Shown here piece after piece: positions 27,381 through 40,193 of a stretch of DNA of 64,000 nucleotides. Numbering within the stretch: position 1 is the first letter of the stretch; each line of letters starts with the position of its first letter. The stretch lies in the NCBI GenBank assembly GCA_047495785.1, contig JBLDXI010000021.1, positions 1,240,001 to 1,304,000 of the forward strand, in the 5' to 3' direction. The notes below the pieces were generated by a model. It did no database searches. It was not told the origin of the DNA and was given only the letters and a program-made list of their open reading frames with translations. Source of the DNA: Lepidodermella squamata (Eukaryota; Animalia; Gastrotricha). Both the position numbers and the translations under genes were made by a program.

Positions 27381-30205
27381 ATGCGTTTGTTGGCAGCGAT
27401 CGCCACTTTCGTGACTCTGATCAGTTCAGGTGAGCTTAAATGAGCTAATTTTTCGGTAAATCCCAATAATTGTTCATTCAGGTAACGCGGCTTATGTCTT
27501 ATCTCAGTACCTCAATTACAACCCATGGACATCGCCGATTCAATATTATATTGACTATCGTAAGAATTTTCGCACTGTAATTTGTGGAAATTAATTTAAT
27601 TTATTCAGAGCTTTCGGCAAGAACCCAATACATCATACCGATCGTCTTGAATCAGCTCACAGTTCTTGTACCTCAGCTTCAGTTTTCGACCTATTCATCC
27701 TACAACTCTGTACCATTCCCGTATTTACGATTTATGCTGGACAACAATCCGAATCTTTTCTTGTAAATTCTTGAATAATTATTTTCACTTAATTTTGATT
27801 ATTTGATTCAATTTTCAGTTGCGAAAATGAGACTGTGGCAATAGGGCAGAACATGACCGGATTGGAAACTTACATTTTCATAGTACAAAATAACTACATC
27901 GATTGCGGAACGCAAGGCTGGATCTTGCATTTGCTACTCCATGCCTTGGGATTTCTTCACGAGCACCAACGGCCTGATAGAGGAAATTATATTTACATAA
28001 ATTCGGGACATCTAAATACAACAATACCTTACACGACTCAATTGGGTTTGTACATCGATTAGGGCTGAAGATGAAATTAAATGTATTGCAATTAAATGTT
28101 TAGAATTGCTGTTGAATGTCCGAAACTCAGGCACTTATATGCCCCTTAATGACCCGAAATACGATTTGGCTTCAATCATGCATTATCATCATTCAGCTTT
28201 CGCAGTCGGTTCTGGCCGGGTAATTTTTTTGAATTAATGAAAGAATTATTTTACATTATTTTTTGCAGTCGACAATAATGTCATTACCACCTGGATATTA
28301 TAGCTGGCTATCTTACGGCCATGGGACAAATATAGCAGATGGTTATTCGGCCTCCTCGGTTTTGTCTTCCAATGATTTGGCAACTCTTCACGCGCTATTC
28401 AAAGTTCCTCGGCCGACTCAGCTAGGTATATTGTGATTTATTACAAAATTTAACGAATTTATCGACTTTTGTACTCAAGTGGGTCAATTTTGTTTGAATG
28501 GAGGAACCTTCTACAATTGGTGCCTGTGCCCACCCGGTTTCGGCGGCCGATATTGCGAAACTGGTAAAATTTAGAGCTTCCCTAAAAAAATTCATTTTTC
28601 CATTGATTTCTTACAGCAACCTGCTACAGAACGTGTAGAAATGGTGGTTCGTGTTCCCTGAGTACTGGCTTACCTGTATGCACATGTCCGACTGGATATA
28701 CCGGGAATTATTGCGAAATAAGTGGGTGTATCCAAATTGAAAATGCGATTTTTGTAATGACTTTGGTTAATTTTAAGATTTAAGCACATCAATTGGGTGC
28801 AGCTCGATCGGCGGCTGTCCGTTCTGGTCACTCTGCTCAACAAGCACCGGCACGCCAGTCTGCAACTGTGAACCGTATCCATATCAAGGAGTTAACTGCA
28901 CAATTCGTAAAATTTGTCCTATAAATTCGGCAATTTTTATTTTTTGCCTGATAGCTTTTGTCTACATTCCGACTACCTCACCGGCTCCGACTACGACGAC
29001 TGTGGCAATAATACCGAATAACCAAACGGTTTCGCCGACTCGAACGTTCAGTGTAACAGCAACAACGCCGCAAGTGACAACCCCAGTCGCCTGCACCTTT
29101 GGCCTTGTCATTCCTACGGCTAAGCCCCGCCCATTTTCAACCTCAACGCTTTACCTACGCTTGGCTTTGACTGATATCTACTACCAGCCTGAATTCGCGA
29201 ATTTGAACAGCACAAATACAACGGCGCTGCAAGCTTTTCTGTGGCAAGTGTTACAGATCGATTTTACGACGCAATCTCGCGGCAAGTTTGTCTCAATTAG
29301 CATCGTTGGGGTGCAGCCGCCTTATTGGGGCGAGTCAACATTTTTCTGGAACCCATCGCAAATTATTGCTGGTAAATAATTTCATGTCCGATTTTCACTT
29401 ATGACTGACTATTATTCAGCTTTCGGATGTATCATCGTTGATTTTATGGCTGTGTTTTCGGTTCCTCTAAACCCGAAAGAACGGTCTCAGGTGTTAATGG
29501 TAGCCGCATCTTACGCACGATCTCAAACGCCTGTTTTCTACGCCCGATTTGGCGACGTTCCGCTCATGTCAACTCGAGTCAGCGGCGTCGGCTACATTTC
29601 CCAACAAAATCTCGTGCTTTCAGACATCTCGGCTTGCACAATCTACGCAGCAGAAGCCGCCTGTAAAAATGGCGGCCAGTGCATGTCGAGCGATGGAATT
29701 AATCCTTCTTGCCTGTAATTTTTTCCATTTTTTCTTTTAATTTTTCCAAAATTTCCAAAATTTGTTTTTTAATTTTTAGTTGTCTACCCTACTTTTCTGG
29801 TGACTGGTGCGAGTACAATGTGACAAGATTCGCTAGTCGCGCGTGGCCCAACTGGCTCATCGTATTCGTCAGCATAGGCTGCGGCATTTTCCTGTTATCA
29901 TTCGGCGTCATCCTGGTTTATTGTTTGAAACGTGGCGCCCATCGATTTACAAACCGAATCTGGTTCCCGCCGACGCGCTTCCAGATGCACGCGCCTCAAA
30001 TTCGAAGGCGCATGAGGCCGTTTCGCATGCCGCGATTCGTTGCGCAACCCGATGTTCCGGTAAGAAATTTGCCTGATTTAATGCCGATTTTTCATGTAAT
30101 TTTAACTTGCAGTTCCCGTATCCAAGAACTTCTGGCCAACAGCCAATCTTCGCAACTGCGGCTCCAGCTCAAATGCCTCCGCCGTTTGTAGTGAGAAAAC
30201 ATTGA
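27381..30205 (+). CDS. Pseudo-astacin / 3xEGF / mucin / SEA-like / EGF / TM protein, copy D
   Basis: MRLLAAIATFVTLISS signal peptide, HLLLHALGFLHEHQRPDR (27928-27960), YDLASIMHY, LSSNDLATL, EGFs, GCIIVDF, EGF, TM, and an Arg/Pro-rich tail. Confidence 0.85.
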
Positions 30206-30664
30206 AAAAAGCGATATTTCTGATAAAAAAATGCGACACATCATGACATATAAAAACTTCAAAAATAAAAAGCGTTAAGTGCACCTACAACAATTTTTTC
30301 CTGTGGGAGTCTGCGCATGTGTTATTTTTTTCATGGCCACTCGGCAAATTTGTGTGCGAGCAGCGGCCACGTTTCACGCAAAAAAGGCTGGCAATATGTA
30401 GCAGGGGTTGGTGTTATGATGATGATGGCGCCGATGTTTGTAAAATGACGACATTACACGCTGCGGCGAGTTTTTTGAATGACGAGATGTGTTTACAAAA
30501 TTTACAACCACCTTAAAAATTATACGCATGCTATATATGTTGTGCGGCTTTTCTCGCCGTGCTCCCCCTTTTTGGCGGTCAACATCCTTTGGGCTCGCTA
30601 TACATATATTACATTGAGAAAAATAGCATTCATATAAATTAAATTTGTAAATTTTATAAAGAAA

Positions 30665-31934
30665 ATGGCAACCCCGCCAGGTTTTACGTTGCCGACGGAT
30701 TATACAATTACGACTACAACAGCTGTACCATGTATCGTAATGGCAGCAGCCCAGCCAAAGGCGTTGAACTACAGCGATCGAACTCTTTACTTTCGAATGA
30801 CGCTGATAGATTTATACTTTTTAACAAACTACCTCGTTACAACCAACGTTGAAACTCAGCAGTTGAACTACTTCATTCAAGATTCGCTCAGATCCGACTA
30901 TCAAGCATTTTCGAATGGGAAGTTCCTTAATGTAACCATTGTTACAGTTCAGCATCCACTCTGGAACCGAACCTCGGCGTTCAATAAATACCCAGTCCAA
31001 CCTGGGCCTGGATGTTCGATTGTCGATTTTTACGCAAATTTCACTGGCAATTTAACTGCATTAGAGCGGTCGGCTGTTGTTCAAGCAACTTACGCAAGAT
31101 CGTTAGGTTCCAACAGAGGTCGCGGGCCTTTAACTGGCCGATATGGGTCGAATCCTCTAGCGCAAACAAAAGTTGGCGAGGTTTACTACATATCGCCGTT
31201 AAATCAAGGCATGACAAGCGATGAATGTGGAATTTTGAATTGTAAATACATTTCTATTCATAGTTTTGTCAGCGGCGTCGCCTTGCGTTGTATTTTCAAA
31301 CGAGAATACTTGCCGAAATGGAGCCTATTGCATAACAATCGACTATAGACCAGCTTGCAGGTTCGTAATTCATCAACCATCCTAATTTTTCTGGATTTTT
31401 CTGTTATTTTAAGGTGCATACCTGGATATGAGGGGCAGTTTTGCGAGAGAACCAGTGGAGTATTCGGATCGCCCGAATGGCCCGCTTATCAGATAGTGCT
31501 CGTCGCTATTGGTGCTTTGGCAGTTTTTGCGATCGTAGTTTTGGTCTTCTGCTGCTGTTTCATGCGAACACATCGATTGTAAGCCGCCTTGAGAAAAATT
31601 TGAAATCATTACAGCTGAGATTTTTCAGCGCCCCACCAGCGCGAAATTTCGATCTGGACGTAGCTCGTCATCCTCACTTGGCGCAAGCTTACTTGGACTT
31701 TCCTCTGCCCGTTTTACCGCCAAAGGTAAGACAATTTGAAAAAATTGAGCAGTGATTAAATTTGACATTCGTTTTGATGTTTAGGAATACTTTATGGTCC
31801 CAAAAAGCAAACTTCAAAAGCGGCCCATACCAGACGCTTATCGGCAACAAAAACGGGTGATGGCACGGCACCTGCAGGGTATCCCGAGCGTCCATTCCCA
31901 TCATCAACGTTATAATCAATATCCTCCAGTTTGA
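30665..31934 (+). CDS. Copy E: SEA-like / EGF / TM only (no signal peptide or astacin domain found)
   Basis: LYFRMTL, DSLRSDYQ, GCSIVDF, VLSAASPC, EGF, WPAYQIVLV TM with CCCF, and a tail. The frame is intact across five exons if one intron is GC-AG. Confidence 0.7.
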
Positions 31935-32233
31935 AGTAGGCGAACGTGCATTATTTGAAGGATTTTATTTTTTAAGTTAAACCGCAATTTTGTATAGGTA
32001 TTTTAGGTTCGTATTATATTACAAAAATAATTGGATCGGCGAGGACGACAAAATACTACCTCGTGAAACACAATTTTCTCTGAGTAAAGATTCTCATCCT
32101 CCGAAACTGACGGTGATGCACTCAAGTTTTGCATTATTTGGCGTTGATTTGTTGGAAAACTTGTTTGTTGAAGAATCATTCGATTTCCTCATTTTTCAAT
32201 AAAATGATCGCTGATCACATTTTGCTGAAATCA

Positions 32234-34346
32234 TCATTTGCCAAGAAAGGCTTCGGGCCGATAGATTATTGCATTCAACCAGTCGATGAAGGCGTCGACG
32301 CGCGTATAAACGCCATATTTCATCTGCAAACCGCATCCGTCGCCGTGAGATACCAGCCTGAAAACTTTCAAATTGTCATCTACCTTAAAATTTAAGAAAA
32401 ATAATTACCCTTCAACAACCCATCGCAATGCGACTCGGCTCATCGTTTGCGTTTCGCCCTTGGAATTTACAATTTTCTCTGTGACAGTGTACTGTTCTTG
32501 GCACATAAGGGGCCCTCCAGAGTCTCCGCCACATGAATCCCGCCCGCCTTGCAGATAGCCAGCGCAGATTTGCGTCGCGGTAAGTTGGTCCGAATACGCC
32601 TTACGACACGCTGTTCGGCTTACAATCGGCACTCGCACCTCGCGAGGCCGAGCTGATCCAGTTGGATAGTGCTCGGCTAATTTTCCCCATCTAAAAAAAA
32701 AGAGTAAAAAATAATTCGCACTAATTATCCCAATATCAAGTTCGAAATACCCAACAACGGTGCACATTGTGCCAGCTTTCAGACCTCCGCCAACCTCTGG
32801 GACAGCCCCATTTGCAGCAGCTACTCTTTCACGCTCCGGAGGCGGCAAACAAGCGGGTATGATGAATTTGGAATAATTCAAATTTCGATCGAGTAAGATT
32901 AGACCGATATCAGAGTCGAAGTCATCAGGGTTGTAGCTGGGATGAGCAAAGATTGCGGCTGGTCTCAGCGTAACTTCGCCTATTTAAATAGAAAATCATT
33001 GTTTCATATTCAAAAATAATTCTTAAAAATTAAAAAAAATTCCAGCTTAATAAAAAAGCGTTTTCTAGCTTACCTGGGTCATATCTGTCGAGAGCATGCT
33101 CGCCGACTCGTATTGCAGCGACACGATCGAGACAATGAGCTGCTGTGAGCACCCATTGGCTTCCAATCAGCGCCCCTCCGCAAAATTGCTCGCCCCTCCT
33201 GTTGACTAGCACCACCATCCACGGCCACTTGCCACGCGGAACAAGGCGGCCACCTATTATCCGTGGCTGTTTTTGCGGCATTGACAACAGCTCACTGACC
33301 CCGCATTGAAATTTAGTAATAGGAGCTGGGGTTGGCGGGGTTGATAGCGAGTAATTGCCAAATGTTGGAAATGTCGTAGTGAGCATTGATGGTATCACAG
33401 CTGGTGGCAGTTGTCCGATGTCATTCGCCGATTTCGCATCATCGCTCACAACAACGACATCGCCGTCGATCATCGGCGTGGTGATCGGTTTTTCTGAAAC
33501 TGTGCTAGCCGGGGTGGGGCGCGTTGTAGTCGACGAGGCGTCCAGACACATTGTTGGCCTGCACCGGCGGCGGTGCAGAAGAACGTAGTCGCCGCAAATC
33601 GAAGCCATCGAACACACCCGGGTTCGCATTTGTGCGCAAATTATTGTCGGTTTGTAGTTTGAGGCCGATGAATCTACCAACTCGCAGGGTGACCAAGCCG
33701 ACCACTGGCCGAAAAACGTGGCAAAGGCTGATGAATTAGCCGCCAGTTCAGCATCCGGAGCGGGGGTTGTAGTAGTTGTGGTAGTAGAGACATTACGAAG
33801 TAGAACATCGAAATCACCGTATCGGTAATTGTTCGCAGTTCTCAGTGTTATTTTCGGTGGCCTCCGCCTCTGCTTTCTGAATTCCGTGTCGTACATTAGC
33901 GGTTCTTCGATGTAAACAGGTGTTAATTGCCGCCATAATTTCGACGGCTTTCGGAACGCTGACAAACGGCCATCACTGCCGAAGCTTACGAAAGGTGTTG
34001 AGCCCCAATGCCGGGTGAGCACGGGCTTTTGGCTGCAAACTCGTATGGTTTCTTTCAGTGAGCAGGGTCGGTATCGACGGACAACAGAACGCTGTTTCGC
34101 GTAAGCTTTGTCCATGCAAACCTCTCGGGAACAGGTCATAGGCAGCTCGCAGCGCCTGCGTCGAAACCGGGTGCAAGTCGCCGCGTCACAGGCGCTCCAA
34201 GGCCCCCAGGACCATTTCACGGGGCACCGATTAGGCTTTGGGGTCGTGAATAATGAGAAGTCACCTTCAACGCCTTCCTCGTAATAACTTTCGACCAGGT
34301 GAAAGACACATAGAAACAAAACGAAAGTTTGCACAACAAACATCAT
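32234..34346 (-). CDS. Secreted trypsin-like S1 serine protease with two TSP1-like repeats
   Basis: Signal peptide, WSWGPWSAC and GQWSAWSPC, activation site R|IIGG, catalytic triad LTAAHC / DSDIGL / GDSGGP, Asp189 in RDSC, and KYGVYTRV. Confidence 0.92.
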
Positions 34347-35504
34347 CGGCAGCACCACGATTCCGGCAAGTGTGAGCAAAAAATTGCAATCTTCGTATAG
34401 GTATATTTTACAGCATATTTTGTCCTGGAGCAAATAAATCGTGCGTGCACCTTATTATTTGCCGTTTGCTGTGTTTTACAAATAATTGTGCGCGAAATAC
34501 AAATCCATCGATATCACCGTCAAGACGTGTGTGCCTTTTTCCGATATAGCAGTGACGTGCGGCCGAACATGATCTTCAGCCTTCTCAGTTGTCTTTCGCG
34601 CAGCTTAATGACAGCGAATCATGAGAGTCATGTTGCATTTTTACTATTGATCATCAAGTGCGCAATTGTCGCACTAAGCGAAAACAAGCCACTACTTCAA
34701 CCTTGCTGGCTGACCGGCGCGAGATCGCCATCGGCCCAGGCGCTTTCACATACCTGATGAGAGCTTCAAATTCGTGCATTTCGTGTCGAAATGTAGGTAC
34801 GTGTGAAAGCTGAAAATTTCCGAACGATAGGAAAATCAGAACAGCTGAGTTGAAGCTTGAGCAATGAAATCTAAGATTGCGAACTAACGCGGTTCCTTAA
34901 TTTTTGTTCACTCTAGGGCGTCGCAATGAGTTCATACTTGATGTAGATTTGCAAATTTGTAAATTGTGTCCCGTTCCTTGAAACCCACGGAATGGCTTGT
35001 GTTCATGGTAAATGGAGTTGTGAATTTGATCAGTGAATCAGTTGATCCAAGCGATGGTTGAAAGCAATGTGTCGAACTTAAAGTCACAAGGTGAAAGTAG
35101 TAAATCTCATCAAATTATAAACTTAATAATTTATAATCCTGTGTCTCAAAGGCAATGTTATAGTTTGTATATAACACAGTATACCAATAAAAGGTTTTCT
35201 CTCTCAACAGTAAAGAATCTCCAAAAACGATGACCAAAGATTCCTCTTTCCTTTTAATCAGCAATCAGCATGCGTGAATAAAAATTTGTGATAACATTTG
35301 AGTCTTAGATGACTTCATTTATGTATTTTGAAGCCGTGGACGGTTCGAACAACCTTCGAATATCCACTAAATCGGTGTTCGAAAAGCTTATTAATGAATT
35401 TTTATGCCAAATTACAGACTTTTATTTTCAGAAAATTCCGACGTTATAAAAAAATGAAAGCAGTAAAAATCAAGGCTCGGCAGGCCTTTGATTGCGAGCA
35501 GTTC

Positions 35505-36543
35505 TCAGAACTTTTTATTACGCCAATTCAAAGTGTCTTCGATCGAAAATTCGACATTGTCGTCATCGGATGATTCATCTTTCGGTTTGTTAACTGGTCT
35601 CGCCACTTCCATTTTTGATGACCCAGACTTCTTTATTGCTTCTCGCTTATTATGAAGAGCCTCCACTCTAGCCCATCGTTCCCTAAAAACGAGCAAAATT
35701 TTATATTGAATATCGAAAAGACTCGATTATTTACATTTCTTCGTCGATTTCGTCGACGTCCCGAGCGATTAAAAGACGGTCTTCATCTTCGTCGACGATA
35801 GCTCGAGAAACCTGTGTCTCTTTGGCTATTTCCTTTTGAAAATCAAGCCACTCATCTTCCAGCTTATCTGCTTTGACGTTCCGCGCTTTTGCATCACGCT
35901 TCGCATCGTCGAAGAAGCCTTCAGGCAAATTGCTTGTCGACTCGGCAGGCTCTTCTGCAACTTTCTCGACAGCTTTTTGCTTAGTTTGAACAACTGGCGC
36001 AGCGCCCGAATCGAAGAAATCCATAGGAAGACTGGTAGCAGCCGGCGCTGAGTCAGATTCGGCTGTCTTGCTCATTTTCGAGGGTGGTTCTTGAGATTTG
36101 TCAGAATCATTTGACTGCTCGTTGTGGTCATGCTCCATTTCATCCTCCGACGAAGAGTACTCTGGCTTTTTAAATGTTGTGGAAGCAGCAACTTGAGCCG
36201 TTTTCGCAGAAACTGGCGCTACGACATCTTCGCCTCGTTTCAATTTTTCGACGTTCTAAATAATTGACTTCAAGAATAAGAAACACAGTTCAAGGCAATG
36301 TCATACATCTTTGTGACTTTTTGAAAGTAAGTGAGCACTCCAGGCTGCTTCGTTTTTAATGGCAGTGAAACAAATGGCGCATGATAATTGGTCCAATTTA
36401 TTGTAGCGAGCGAGAGGATGTTCAACGCGTTTAGCACCGGTCAATTTCTTTTGAAGCACATTTTGTCGCATTAGTTGCCGAGTATCATCTGACTGACCCG
36501 ACCCAGGTTTCGCAGCACCGACTGAGAGCCGTTTTGTCGCCAT
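35505..36543 (-). CDS. ZNF830: Zinc finger protein 830 (CCDC16)
   Basis: HPLARYNKLDQLSCAICFTAIKNEAAWSAHLLSKSH, LPEGFFDD, DAKARNV, EWLDFQKEI, and C-terminal LNWRNK. Confidence 0.9.
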
Positions 36544-36755
36544 GGTTAGGTTAAAAAATCTAGAATTCAAGTCGAAAAGTAAATATCGAGCATTTTATCA
36601 CAACATAATCAATTGCAGCGAAAATGAGATCCCTTGTGGCACACAATATCACAAATTGGAACAACAAAATCAGATCATTATATTGGCAAATCACAAATAG
36701 CGACAGCGTTAAAATAATCAACAGACAAAACGAGATAAAAACAAGAACAGCAGCG

Positions 36756-37393
36756 TTAATCTTTCGATTCAGGAACAGGAACGCCGTCAATGTATAAATC
36801 GTGTTGAACACCATCACGCCGTTTCCCAGAACTAGACGCTCTTATAACAGCGCTTTTATTAGCCACCTGGAAATGAGTTTCGCTACCATTGTCGACAAAC
36901 TGGTACTGAATAATTCAAGGGCAAATTATTGACATCAAAAGTCCTATATCAACTGAACTTACAGCTGTTTCAGCAAGTTTTCCGTTGACGTAGACATCCA
37001 TGGAAACTTTCTCAAGCGTAATTCGGTAATTAACACCTTCAAAAGCTACGCACCACGAGCGTAGAATTTTTGATTGGTTCTCAGTGAATTTATCTAATGG
37101 TTTTCCATTGACCGTCAGCTGATAAGCGTATGCAAATCCGTCCGCTGGTTCAATGGTGATGACACATTTGGCGTCTCCAATTTTGAACTCTTCTTCGCCG
37201 ACCAATCGGAACATCCAGTCCGTTTTTAAAACTTCCTGAAATAGCTATGAATCAAAAGGCTCAAGGCAAAACGCAGGTTCCTTACTTTTCCATCGACGCG
37301 TACTAATCGCTTTCCAGTTGTAGTGCCATGTTCGAATTCCACCTTGTGGACCCCGTCCATCAACTTCACTTTCCAAACAGCGACTAAATCCAT
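36756..37393 (-). CDS. FAIM: Fas apoptotic inhibitory molecule 1
   Basis: MDLVAVWKVKLMDGVHKVEFEHGTTTGKR, DWMFRLVG, FAYAYQLTVNGKPL, FVDNGSETHF. Three coding exons. Confidence 0.95.
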
Positions 37394-39099
37394 TCGGAGT
37401 GTCGGGTTCCTAGAACAAAATCGTCAACAATTAGGCGAGCTTTAGAAATATTTGAAAAAAGAAACATGGAATTAAGAACTATCTACATCAGAAAGTCAAG
37501 CTAAAAAAAGCAGATGTTCCGCCCTGAACGACCAGGAGAAGGGCTCAAAACTTCGTCTCATCTCTCCGCGCGGGTGCCGCGGATCCAAATTAATCCCGCT
37601 TAAAATTGTCAACGATGTTTTTACACTAAATAACCAGAAAGACAATATTTACAAAAATGTATTAGTTTTATTGTTATTTTTGTTTGAGCGTCCTTAGTTG
37701 TTTCCAGGTTGACCCATTAGGCGCCTTACTACCGTTTCAATATTTGCACAATCAGCCGGTTGTTTACTTGAGTTGAAATCGATCTCGCCTATCGACGTAA
37801 AGATAAAAACTATCAACCACACCTATCAATGACTCATTCGATCATTATCAGGCCATTTCGACGACAGCGAAATAGCTTGCATTCGAGCAGGTAACGTGGT
37901 ACTTGACTACGAGCATCAGCTGATTGAGACCGTGAGGAAGCCTGGAAACTTCTAAACCACCTAATGCCGAGCAAGTAGAACAATGAAAGAGACAGCAAGA
38001 CAGCTGCTGAGCTGGCTGGAAGTTGAAATGCCTACCTTTGCATGATTGGAGAAAAAAGTCATCACTGACTCGGGGATTAAAAAGGCCCTCAAATCATCTA
38101 AAATAAAAAGCTCAAAATAGCTTTGGAAGACAAGAAAACTACTAGTAACGATGGGATCCTGCATTTTCAGCTTGAAATGGTCAGCCGTTTGAAGTCTCGC
38201 CTGGTCTCGCCTATGTCAAAGTATAAAATTGACCTTCAAAATCGATGAGTGGCTGTCTTGGATGACTGGCTGGAAGGTGGAAGGTGGCACATGCCCATTA
38301 AATTCAAGCATATAGTCTCTTACAGTTTACATTTTTTATATAAAGCCTTTCACCCACTTGTCCATGCGAGTTTACTGTTTACTCCGATCATGCTCCATTC
38401 GTTTGACCTTTATTCACAAGCTGACAAGCTCGACTTGAGAATTATGGTGTAGCTTTAGTGTGACACGAGCAACCCAATAATAGAGGCTTTATCGGCGGGA
38501 AACCGCTCATCCACGATCCACGGAAAACTCTTTACACTGGAGAACTCCATTTCCGGGAAATTTACGCGGGGGAGAGGCGAGATTATACGCACACGTGAGA
38601 AATTACTGTCTTCTGACTTCATGAATTAATTTGAGTATTGCATGAGTATGCATGTGTTGTATGTAAAGTGGATTAGATTACGACATGTATGGGATCACTT
38701 GCAGTTAGATGAAGACATCGATTATCCATTTTGAATATCAAACAAGCTTTCCTATGTAAAACATGGAACGAGTTTGTTAAACTCTGTCAACCTCGCAACA
38801 TTAAGTCAGATTTAACTTCAGGTATTCCGAAGGGGAACTGATAAATATCACTCAAGACCTTACGAGGGCCAATATGGCGCAACTTAGATAAGTTAACAGC
38901 TAAGAATTTACCGAGCGTCAGACTTTCAGCGCGTTGCTTTAAAATTCCGCGCCCGTATTATATTGTTATCGTAGTTAACATAGGAGTCGGTAGCACACCC
39001 TCTTTTGCTCTCTATCTGCCCTCCATTGCATAATGGTCAACTTGGCTGAGGCAAGGGACCTTGAATTAGAAACGAGCGTGAATGAAATCTCGCTTGCTA

Positions 39100-39785
39100 C
39101 ACTAGAAAAAATATGGTCCGAAATCAGGGGGTGCTCCATCTGAATTCAGGGGTAGGCCCTAAAATCAGGGGGTTGCAAAGTGATGTTTTTTCAGAGCTAT
39201 GAATTCATACTATACTAATTGAACATCTCCCGAATTAGGCGGTATGATATTAGGGGATGAATGATTGAATCAAAAACTTCAGAATTTTTGTAATATTTCA
39301 TGTGTGCATATGCTAATTAGGCACCGAGTCAGAGTCGTATTCATGAACGAAGGTCCACTCGCTGAAAAATTGGCATAGATTCACACGCGACAATCACTTA
39401 GATTCATGCAAGGAACTTGGTAATAGTGTTGGTTGGTAGTATCACTGGTTGCCGGGTAGTCCTGGGTGGAGAATCTCTGACCCATGTCCCCGGTTACCTT
39501 ATAGGGTCTCGGAGCCATCAGTTACCTTGATGTATACTTGAATTTTGAAAAATAAATATCATTTTAAAATTGAATATTGACAGATTTTTTTCAAAAATTG
39601 CATTAATTAATTGCCAAGGTCCGAATTTATGCCTATGAGAATAATTAATTTTGAACCCCTAAATTCGGACCTTACATAGTTAACCCCCCGAATTAGCAGG
39701 CCCCAGGGGTATGAATTCGGATGATAGAATTGCTTGTAAAGATCAATTATGCATCCCCCGAATTCGGACCATTTTTTTTCTTGTG
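39100..39785. mobile_element. CACTA/CMC-like non-autonomous transposon
   Basis: About 35-bp imperfect TIR: CACTAGAAAAAATATGGTCCGAAATCAGGGGG vs reverse-complement CACAAGAAAAAAAATGGTCCGAATTCGGGGG. TA on both flanks and subterminal CCGAATT / AGGGG repeats. Confidence 0.7.
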
Positions 39786-40193
39786 TATCTTGAGCCATCA
39801 ACAATAATGCACTTACTGATTTTGATTTTTTACAGTAGCTTGTCAGATTTTGTCACATACACACCTGAAAATACCACAACATTTTAGATAAATTTACATA
39901 AGATTTTGCTTTTTTTGGATCGTTTTGAAATCATATTGCGACAGCTTGCATTGAGTATGATGATGTATCATCTCATCCCAGCCAACACCTATTGAGGGAT
40001 GCAAAAAAATTGACGAGGGAAGCAAACTTATAACGGCCATTCATCTGACTTACGGATTCCATTGATAGTCAATTCTGCATAGCATTCAACAAATATATAA
40101 CAATCTAGATATTTTACACAAAAAATGTGTCGCGCATAGCGGCACTCGTCTTTCGTTACTACGTGATACCTTTCGTGACAATTCAAACAGGTT

